DNA of 33,000 bases, taken from assembly GCA_965644265.1 (NCBI GenBank), contig OZ286473.1:30814001-30847000 (forward strand). The letters are read 5' to 3'. This DNA is from Glycera tridactyla. Taxonomy: Eukaryota. The notes beneath the pieces were generated by a model. The model saw only the letters and a program-made list of their open reading frames with translations, made no database searches and was not told where the DNA came from. The position numbers were made by a program, and so were the translations under genes. This document shows positions 24,188 to 33,000 of this stretch, in pieces; the first letter of the stretch is position 1, and every line of letters starts with the position of its first letter.

Positions 24188-24715
24188 TTGAAACAGTCAA
24201 GACGTTTCGACCACTCTACAAGCAGTCTTGATCACTTGATGGGTCAGTGGTCACAGCGTATTTACCGGTCACATGGTGTCAATATGTTCCAAAAACCCAG
24301 CAACAAACTCCGATCCATTCTGGTCAACCCCAAAGATCAAACACAGAAGGGGAAAAAATGTGGACTCATATACCAAATAACCTGCGACCAGAACCCCAAC
24401 CACACATATATCGGGGAAACCAAAAGATCTCTCGCTACCAGATTTAAAGAGCACACAAACTTGGATGCCCCAACCGCTATTGGTGAACACTGCCAACAAA
24501 CCGGCCACAGTATCTCTCTAGAAAACACCACCATCCTATCTAGAGAACAGGACTGGACTCTACGTAAAGTCAAGGAGGCCATCCACATAAAGCAGAGAAG
24601 CCCATCGATGAACAGGGACCAAGGGTACGCGCTCCCCCCAGTCTACAACCTGCTCCTTCTACCTGAGCGGCGAGCTGTGACCACTGACCCATCAAGTGAT
24701 CAAGACTGCTTGTAG
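24188..24715 (+). CDS. GIY-YIG endonuclease domain of the Penelope-like element (C-terminal fragment; the first ~23 codons come from the inverted repeat)
   Basis: KPSNKLRSILVNPKD...CGLIYQITC...YIGETKRSLATRFKEH...AIGEHC...GH...EAIHI...NRDQGY.LPPVY is the typical PLE endonuclease. No internal stops. RT is absent, so it is probably not a functional gene. Confidence 0.85.
   Translation: MKQSRRFDHSTSSLDHLMGQWSQRIYRSHGVNMFQKPSNKLRSILVNPKDQTQKGKKCGLIYQITCDQNPNHTYIGETKRSLATRFKEHTNLDAPTAIGEHCQQTGHSISLENTTILSREQDWTLRKVKEAIHIKQRSPSMNRDQGYALPPVYNLLLLPERRAVTTDPSSDQDCL
24197..24239 (-). ncRNA. Minimal type I hammerhead ribozyme, variant core (inverted copy)
   Basis: Exact reverse complement of 24692-24734. 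Confidence 0.7.
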
Positions 24716-24734
24716 AGTGGTCGAAACGTCTTGA
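24692..24734 (+). ncRNA. Minimal type I hammerhead ribozyme with G3:C8 variant core
   Basis: UCAA-GUGAUCA-A-GACUGC-UUGUAGA-GUGGUC-GAAA-C-GUC-UUGA. Stem I is UCAA/UUGA, stem II has 6 bp (two GU), the GAAA core is intact, stem III is a loopless AC/GU, and the cleavage triplet is GUC. It sits at the pLTR position where PLEs carry HHRs. Confidence 0.75.
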
Positions 24735-25059
24735 CTGTTTCAAAACATTGTTCCAAAGTAAGTGAAAATGATTTCAACATTCAGAGAATACCTTACCAAT
24801 GTGTTCACTTGTAAAATGTCAATTTGAATCAGTACGCTATGATTGCAGTGCAATGCGATCTCAATAGATTCAGAGAATACCTAACCAATGTGTTCACCTG
24901 TAATATGTCGATTTGAATCAGTACTTTATGATTACAGTACAATGCGATCCCAAGGAATGAGTACAACTCAATAAAGACGCTCCAGCGATGAGGATAGGCT
25001 CAGATCCATTGAATCATGGTCCTCATCTCAAGCAAATCTGTAAAGGCAATTTGCTTTGG

Positions 25060-25180
25060 CAACAGATATCCAAATGTGTCTGGTGTTATTATTATCATCC
25101 AAGCTCCCTACTTGGATCAGAGCCAAGAGCTCCCCAAAGGTTTTGTCAGCACCACAAAGACCGCCTGCATACTTTGTGAT
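25060..25180 (+). pseudogene. Short B-box-like relic
   Basis: KCVWCYYYH...QRFCQHHKDRL (FCQHH at 25141). Confidence 0.3.
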
Positions 25181-25494
25181 TTTTTTTTTGAATAAACAAG
25201 GTGCATTAAATAGCTTCCTGTTGTTATAAAGAAGCCCCTGGGGAGACAGAAGCACTGGGGTAATGTACATAGGAGACCAGCTTGCTAACTTGTGCTAAAT
25301 ATTCTTTACCCACATGTCTCATTTAGTTGTACAGACAATCGATCTCTAAGGCGCCACCTCATCAACTTAAAACATACTCCATTGTCGATTTTCTGTTTCA
25401 GGAGCCTTAAGAAGTTCCCTGGGTTCGATAGATGTGGTCTTGTGAATAACGTCGCAAATATGGTCTAGTTGATTCATTCGTTCATGGTTGAAGT

Positions 25495-25740
25495 GGACCG
25501 ACCATCCATCCATCCATTGATCCATTCATACATTTGTCCAACTATCCATCCATCCATTCATTCATCTGTCGTCTCATCCGTTTCCCACCCATCAAGCAAT
25601 CCATCTATCCATATCCCAATCAATCCTCCAAACAATTCACCCATCGATCAATCCATCCATGCATCTATGCATTCATCTATGCAATCATCCGTCCCTTCTC
25701 TTCGTCCCCCCTCCCTCCCACCATCCGTCCATCCATGTGC
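25495..25740. repeat. Degenerate (CCAT)n/(TCAT)n tetranucleotide tract
   Basis: Direct reading. Confidence 0.9.
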
Positions 25741-25751
25741 CCAACTACCAG

Positions 25752-26140
25752 GTTTGTTTGTATGTCTGTATGACGTTCGAATGCATGTATCAGGCAAGAG
25801 GATCATGTATGTCGTGTGTTCCTGGTCGATGAAAGCTAGATGTTATCTCCCCTACAGGTATCTCTTAAACAAATCCTGAAGACAAGATGGTGAAGAACCT
25901 GAAAGGTTGTAAGCTGGAAGTAGTTGACACTTCAAACACATCTCTACCCACTCAACATGAACAAACTGAACCTGATATTGGCGAATCTAATTAATCAACT
26001 GCCTTGAAGCTGAAACTTTAGCCTGGTAACGATCTTTCCTTTTCGAGCATGCCACCATATTTTCTTTTCGAACAGATTGTGGCACTTAGAACAAGGAAAA
26101 GCATCAGGTTTGAAGAATACTCCACCAATGTGCTCAATTA
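25752..26140 (-). mobile_element. Repeat family C, copy 5 (tail-anchored)
   Basis: gtttgtttgtatgtctgtatgacgttcg start; aligns with 3040-3400. Confidence 0.6.
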
Positions 26141-27792
26141 TGTAGGTGGGTGGCTCCAGGAAAGGCTCGTCACACTGAGGTCACTTGGTTAAACTCTTGG
26201 AATAAAGGCAACATGTAACTTGTTCAACTAATTCCACTTGACTTGATTGATGATGATGGTGATGATGTGCTTCTACTTTATCATCATGGCCATCCTCATG
26301 GGGATACAAGTACAAGTGTTTATTCAATTAGATTGCTTGTTTACCAAGGCAGGGGTCGGGTGCATGCTGGATATATAGCTTGGCTATATTACATTTGATG
26401 GGTGTCAAGTCAGTACAGTATGTCTAGCTGCTAAATCTCCGAAGGAGACAGAATTCAGACAACCGCTGATCCTAATCGGACTGAATAGCCGGGTCAATAG
26501 ACTTGCACTGACTGCCGTCGATCATGACCAACGAACTTTACACACTGAAATGTCAGAGGAGGGGGAGGGGGGGGGGGATTGTTCCATTTCTATATTCTCA
26601 CGAAGCTGTGTGTCAGTATTTAATTTGGTGTGTTTGCATTTATGATGTGAGTATATCTTCTGTACTTGTACGTTTACCTGATCATAAGGTGTCATAGGGA
26701 GTTGTATAGGGGTCATTAGAGATTACCTTGCCTTGTTCCATCATACATGGTGGTTTTGTAAGAACTCAATCCGGGATGAAATATGCCAATTTCCGTGGAG
26801 AGCATATTGTAGATAGATTAGTGTTATCTGTTATATGCTATCTATATGGAGTTAACCATTTTGAGACTCATTCATTTATACATGGATAGAAAAATCAAAC
26901 AAAAAGGTTCGCAGAATAATTGCCATGATAATAGAAATATATGCTCATCTGATGTCTCACCATCTGATTGTCACAGACACTGTGTCTGATATGCAGTGAC
27001 ATCTTAGGAGTGGTATAATCCCATCAAATCAAAACATATAAGGCCAAAAGATATGAACATAGCTTTTCATCGTTAGGCCAGGATCAGGCCTAGATCATTG
27101 AAATCCATTGATTTCGAGGTGCCATCATTTCAAAAAAGAAGGCCAAGGCATATCTTGGAAAATTTGTCCTGGCGTGTGATCTCAGAAGGCCTTAGTCATG
27201 AAACGAGAGGATAATTTTGCATGGGCAAAGTCACTATTTGAAAAAGCTGTGTTGTTTGGTAATAAGCACTTCATGATCAGGATATTGAATAGCTCTGACC
27301 ACCGATTTGCTCAAAATGCCTGAAGGACAAATTCGATCTGGCACATTAGACTTGATACATGTTCCATAAAGATTATTTTATGTTGATAAAACATTCATGA
27401 TAGCACTCAAACGGTTGGGATATTGCGAAGGAAATATTTGATCATTATACCATAGAATAATTTGTCAGAAAATGATCAAAATGACGAGACCCACTACAAT
27501 GACTATGGTGATGATGAAGACAGAGACGACAACGACGATGAAGAGGCTGTGTTGGAAGAGCCTCAAAGACAACAATGATAATGAAATCGCCTATGGCAAT
27601 AAGAATGCCGTGCACGATACCGCTCATGATATGCATGACCACGATCATGGATCTGAAGGTAATCTGGGAAGATGAGCCGAGAGTGGGCCAGACTCTCTAT
27701 CCAGTGATTAATGTATCAGCGTCTGAAGTAGGGCTCAGGGTTGTCTGGTCTTCAGGGGCTAATGAAGCCTAACCTGGGTAGATGCTAAAGTA

Positions 27793-27970
27793 TACTGACA
27801 AATCTGTCTATAGAGGCCACCTTCAGTTGCATAAAGAGTAGCTTTTATAGGCAGGTGGATTTCATTAAGAGGTCATTTACAGTTGGTCCTACTACCACGG
27901 TCGCTGCTTGGGTGGCCTCTACAGGCAGATGGCCTTTACAGAGAGGTGGTCTCTAGAGCAGGTTCAACTG
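27793..27970. mobile_element. Diverged copy of the Tc1/mariner-type MITE
   Basis: Same size and termini as 4787-4963 in the opposite orientation (right end aggtggtctctagagcaggttcaactg). Confidence 0.7.
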
Positions 27971-27989
27971 GATACTGATGGATCACGCA

Positions 27990-28300
27990 TCGACTCTATA
28001 ATGACCTGCACCTTAAACAACAATATCAATGGCAACTCCGATGGCCTGTTTCGATAGAAATGTGATACCATAATGAAACTACACAGAATAGTACTCACAT
28101 GAAACTAGCTGCACGCAGGATACGAATGCATACATGCAAGGGAAATTCCAGATTTAGAGCCACACACTCATGGAACAAACATCCTTACCATGTTAGATGT
28201 GCCAAATCAGTTTACATATTCAAGAACAGGATTGTTGAATCCTCCAATCCTCGGAAACTCGGCACTACCACATAACGATCATGTACAGTCATGCCAAAGT
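27990..28300 (-). pseudogene. Decayed NHL-repeat relic
   Basis: KQAIGVAIDIVV*GAGHYRV (about 27990-28052) resembles P-x-G-V-A-I-D...D-x-G-N-H-R-V. Confidence 0.35.
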
Positions 28301-28943
28301 ATTATTTGTGAATATTTCCTCTCATCCTACTTTGAATGTGTTGTTGGAGATCTACCTTATTGGTGATACATAGCTAATACACAAACCCTGAACACGAGAT
28401 GATAGGCGACCTGAAAGGTTGTCAAGTTGTGTGGTGTATCATGTGTTTGGGTTGTATGACGGTGACTGAAATTCTCTAGCAAAATATGCCCTCTATAAAA
28501 TGAGGTGAATCAAGCGCGATAATTCTCCCAATGTCAGCTAGACAGGTCAATAAGACTGTGAACATCCAGGCACATCACATTCTCAAATGTCGATGTGACG
28601 ACATGCACCTCTATACAGACCGGATGCGGCAAGTGTCAGTAGCAATTGCTGGCTATACAGCTGCGAGTTACCGCCTGTCTGGCTGGGCTATTCACAGAAG
28701 ATGGATAGTGAATTGTCAGCATTCAGGCACCAATTCCCCTCGGACCTGCTGCTGAGGCTGCCCAACCAAGGTACTGTCAGGTGATAGTATGGACATGACT
28801 CAACCTGTAGGACATTGGGTTGAGAGAGTAGAGAGTAGAGAGAACCAGACAGCTGAGGAGAGGGGAAAAGAGGGAGTAAGATAGATAGATAGATGGATGG
28901 ATGGATGGATAGATGGATGGGAGTATAGCTAGCCAGCCATGTA

Positions 28944-29165
28944 NNNNNNNNNNNNNNNNNNNNNNNNNNNNNNNNNNNNNNNNNNNNNNNNNNNNNNNNN
29001 NNNNNNNNNNNNNNNNNNNNNNNNNNNNNNNNNNNNNNNNNNNNNNNNNNNNNNNNNNNNNNNNNNNNNNNNNNNNNNNNNNNNNNNNNNNNNNNNNNNN
29101 NNNNNNNNNNNNNNNNNNNNNNNNNNNNNNNNNNNNNNNNNNNNNNNNNNNNNNNNNNNNNNNNN
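28944..29165. other. Assembly gap (222 N)
   Basis: Run of N between GATG/GATA and GA simple repeats. Confidence 1.
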
Positions 29166-30298
29166 TAAAGAGAAAGAGAGAGGGAGTGAAAGAGACAACT
29201 GCAGACAAAAGAAGAGACGGAGAAGAAGAGGTGGAAGCTGAATGAGGGGATAGTAGAGTGAGAGCTGATAAGCATTGATCAGGTCAGTTTTCGACTCTGA
29301 AGAACTCACAAGATGCTATGATACCAGTATACAATTATTGTGAACATGTTTGTAGTGGTATCTTGAACAACAACGATGACATTGATCCCTGTGTGTCTTG
29401 TATCACTCACCAACATAATATCTTCGGGTAGCTCAGACTGTGATGATAGCAGGTTGAAAGCGACTGATGCCTCATCGAATAACAGGGATATTCTCCAGGG
29501 TGCACTACTCTCTCCACTGATATCGATTGATAATAATCTTCTTATCCTACTTATTTTAATTGCAGTGGGACTTGATGGGACAGCATATAAGTGGAGATTT
29601 TCTTTTTCAGGAAACCATGGTAACTATTTTGACTGTATTTCCTCTTGGTTGAAATATAGATTTCATGGCCTCTCTACAATCAGTCATCCTCACTGCTATC
29701 CTATTTGTCGAAGCCATCACTGTCATCGCCGTCATCGCTGTTGCCATCGTCATTGTGGTAATGGCCATTGTCGTCTCTGTTGTTGCAGCTCATTGTTACC
29801 CCCTGTCATGTATTTCAGATTAAATGATATGTGATGAAAATATGGAATGGAAAGGAAAAAAGCTGTACAATGAATATTGTGATGATACTATGAAATAATA
29901 ATGTGTGATGTGTAATGATGATATGTGATTGATATGTGTGAAAGATGGTGAACAATAATGAGGAGTAACGATAATATCCCATGTTGATAATGCCATGGTA
30001 ATATATGATCATATTATGTAATGGAAATACATGATAATACTATGTATCTGAAATACGCTGGGAGTATGTGAAGATGTTGGAAAGATAGTGTATAATAATG
30101 GAGGGTAAAGAGAAAACCCTACATGATGATGATGATGTAATGGTAATGTATGATCATGACATGTGATGATGATACATGATGATACCATGTATTTGAAATA
30201 CCCTGAGAGTAGGTGAAGATAACCCTACATGATGATTATTCCAGGGTAATGTATGATTATGACATGTTCTGTTGCACAATAATGATAATAACAATAAT

Positions 30299-31095
30299 AA
30301 CTAGAGCTATTGCCAGAGGCAAATTAATACCCCCTCGCCGCTATCAATGAAGGCGAATTGTGCCAGTGACCTTGACATTCAGCCTCATGACGCCAAAAGT
30401 AACAATTGCATCATAAAACCCGGAACTTATTTAGAATAAATAGCGACACACTGTTCACATACCAAATATCAAAGCAATTGCTCAAGAATTGAGGTCAGGG
30501 GAACCGAAAATGTGATTTCCAGTAAAGTGACCTCCTGTGACCTTGACCTTTGACCTAGTGAAACCAAAATTGAGTGGATTCTTTTGCTTAGTATGGGTAA
30601 TGTGTGCCTGCAATATGAGATCAATAAGGGAAGGCAAACTTGAGATATCATCCGGAAACCATCCGCCTACACACAGGCAGCTCATAGATACATGGGTTGT
30701 GATGACGCCAAAAGTAACAATGGCATCATGAAACCCAGAACTCATGTGGAATAGATAGCGACACACTGTTCACAAACCAAATATCAAAGCGATTGCTCAA
30801 GAATTGAGGTCAAGGGAGCCGAAAATGTGATTTTTATTGACGTGACCCCCGTGACCTTGACCTTTGACCTAGTGACACCAAAATCAATAGGGTACTTTTT
30901 CTTAGTATGGGTGATGTGTCCCTGTAATATGGAATCAATAAAACTAGGCAAACTTGAGAAATCATCCAGAAACCATTCTGCCTACACACTGGCAGCTTGT
31001 ACATACATGGGTTGTATTAGTGACCTTAACATTCAGCCCCATGACGCCAAAATAACAATTGCATCATAGAACCCGGAACTTATGTGAAATAGATA
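30299..31095. mobile_element. Non-autonomous repeat with internal ~315-340 bp tandem units (Helitron/Helentron-associated type suspected)
   Basis: atgacgccaaaa at 30387, 30702 and 31041. The units carry gtgaccttgacctttgaccta, a motif common in marine invertebrate interspersed repeats. Begins aactagagc. The class assignment is inference. Confidence 0.6.
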
Positions 31096-31339
31096 CTGAT
31101 ATTGATATCATGGAGTATGTAAAGTTCCTATGATATCAAGTAGTATGAATCTGATTGACATATCTTCCATTAAAGAATTGAAAATGTTCATGTTCTCAAC
31201 TTATAAACCCATGATATAAGCAGAAGCTGACATCAATGGGATAATCAGGGATGAACAGTTCAGAGTTAGTGGCAGCTGTTTCTACAACGGCCCCACTTAT
31301 GGGACTATAACTGAATCATCATCATGTTGACCAGGTTCA

Positions 31340-31725
31340 CCAGGAAGTGAGTTGGCATTGTACTGCAAGCATACAGCATCCATACGTGTTAAGCTGGTTT
31401 GAAGTTGACAGTTCCTGAATGAACACAATGATCAAGTATCTTTGGCAACAAAGCCTATTCCTCGTTTCCCGGCACTTTGCTTGAAATGAAAGTACTGCTA
31501 TCCTGCTCCCAGTCAGTTACATACATAGATATGCCATCATTAATTCCATTATGTTCGTGTTGAATAGGTAGACGTGTGTCTAACAAGTCAGCTATTTTCA
31601 ACTGACAATGTTTCAGGTTACTCTTCGTCTTGTGTCAGGGTTTGTGAGTGATGTCTGCAGGGAAGAGAACATCCATATCTCATCACCCAGGGATATCAAG
31701 GAACACATGGCATACATAATCCTAT
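31340..31725 (+). mobile_element. Repeat family C, inverted copy
   Basis: Its reverse complement aligns with 3090-3480 (ggattatgtatgccatgtgttcct; ccctgcagacatcact; tatgcttgcagtacaatgcca). Confidence 0.6.
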
Positions 31726-31799
31726 GATATATACGGATATATGTGATATGTATGATTATTCGCTAATCCCATAACGTTATGCTCAAACAATAGTCTGCT

Positions 31800-32140
31800 A
31801 TGGTGTCATCATCATCGTCGTCACCGCCGTTGTTGTCGTAATCATCGAAGCCATCATGGTCATCGTCATCACCACTTTCATCATAGTATTTGTTGAAGCC
31901 ATCATCGTCGCTGTCGTCGTCAGTGTCGTCGTTGTCATTGTCATAATCATCGTCGTTGTCTTCATTATCACAACCGCACTCCTCCTTATTACACCATTTA
32001 TGTCATCGCCGTTGTCTTTGACATCGTTGTTGTAGTCGTCGTCATTATTATCATCGTTTTTGTCATCGTTGCAGTCGTTGTCATCGTCATTGACGTATTC
32101 AGCCGTCATCATCATATTTTCGTTTCCATCGATGTTGTCC
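31800..32140. repeat. Degenerate (CAT/CGT)n trinucleotide tract
   Basis: Direct reading. It explains ORF 31798-32163. Confidence 0.9.
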
Positions 32141-32660
32141 TTCAGTAGCCGTGCTGTAAACATTCAAATTCAATTCGGAGCCAGTTTTATTTCGAATCCA
32201 ATCACTGTTATCAACTTTGCACAATTAAGATAGCATCACGAATGTAAGACACAAATGATCGATGAGGAACTCTCTGAAACAATTCATCACGCACCATCGT
32301 GATTCATGCTGACTTTGCGAACAGAAATTCCAGACATTTGCAATCATTCAACTATTGCAATCATTCAACTGTTCGTTTTACTCGTATGATCAGATTATGC
32401 TAGACATGAGTACAAGTTTTTAATATCATCACGAAAAATGAATGATTCGTTGTATTTGCACTGTTTGCGGTTGATAGATATACAGGATATGATGCTATTT
32501 GTCATGATATCAGGAACTTCTATTTCATCATAGATCAATTATTGTCATGGTCAATCATGGACGCTGTCACAATATGTATATGTTCATTCATTTATATTCA
32601 TTAATTTATCCACTATTCATTCATCCATCCATCCAGTCAATCACTCATTTATTGAATAAT

Positions 32661-32710
32661 GGGCAGGAGGTCTTTATGGAGAGGTGGTCTTTTTAGCAGG
32701 TTTGACTATA
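32661..32710. mobile_element. Partial MITE (one terminus)
   Basis: gagaggtggtctttttagcaggtttgacta matches the TIR of 4787-4963. Confidence 0.55.
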
Positions 32711-33000
32711 TGTGTGCATGGATGCATGTGTGTGTGTGCACGTGCAGAGGGAAGGAAAGGGTGTGTGTGTGTGTTCCTGCAGATCAAACAAGTAGACGAT
32801 ATCAATGAAAGTTTTATAATGAAGAACAACAGAAGCATTGTCCATTACCCGTGAATCTTACATTACAATGAAAAGAAAGCCAGGGGAGAGTGAAACGCCT
32901 CACACCATACATACAGACTTGATGGTTTTGTCAAACTTTCTGTCTCAAAGAATACTGAAGATACAGATACGACGGAACACATGGACACAAATAATCTCCT

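Larger units (their letters stand above)
24151..24780 (+). mobile_element. 5'-truncated Penelope-like retroelement (Penelope/Poseidon-type) with inverted partial pLTR
   Basis: GIY-YIG endonuclease C-terminus flanked by a perfect 107-bp inverted repeat (24151-24257 vs 24674-24780, checked base by base). This is the known tail-to-tail structure of truncated PLEs. Confidence 0.93.
23930..24955 (+). repeat. 89-bp minisatellite (about 4 units) split by the Penelope-like insertion
   Basis: ccaatgtgttca at 23942, 24031, 24796 and 24885, an 89-bp period on each side of the element. Confidence 0.9.

Noticed and set aside
23930-24955. Regularly spaced repeats as a CRISPR array
   Set aside because: Whole 89-bp units repeat with no unique spacers, there are no cas genes, and the context is eukaryotic.
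26950-27420. TPR-like AWAKSLFEKAV / KAYLGK fragments
   Set aside because: Too short and generic to support a call.
29310-29834. 152-aa plus-strand ORF and a ~105-codon open minus-strand frame
   Set aside because: The plus ORF ends in a CAT/CGT tract. Minus-strand frames give competing weak NHL-like and RING-like readings, so no defensible product can be named.

Overview
Animal (probably marine invertebrate; inferred) genomic DNA from a draft assembly with two N gaps. I find no intact host gene. By-eye translation across stops and frameshifts suggests most unique-looking sequence is decayed gene relics: many TRIM-like pieces (RING, B-box, coiled-coil, NHL) plus LRR, NACHT, ankyrin and class A GPCR remnants. 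These are mixed with GGT/GAT/AAT microsatellites, a recent ~2.1 kb tandem duplication and several mobile elements. The best-supported features are: (1) a young 5'-truncated Penelope-like retroelement with an intact GIY-YIG frame and perfect 107-bp inverted termini, each carrying a minimal hammerhead ribozyme whose core has a compensatory G3:C8 swap; (2) a 722-bp TIR element with a 7-bp TSD whose empty site survives in the paralogous copy; (3) TA-flanked MITEs. Pseudogene domain calls are motif recognition without an HMM search, so they have low to moderate confidence and approximate boundaries.
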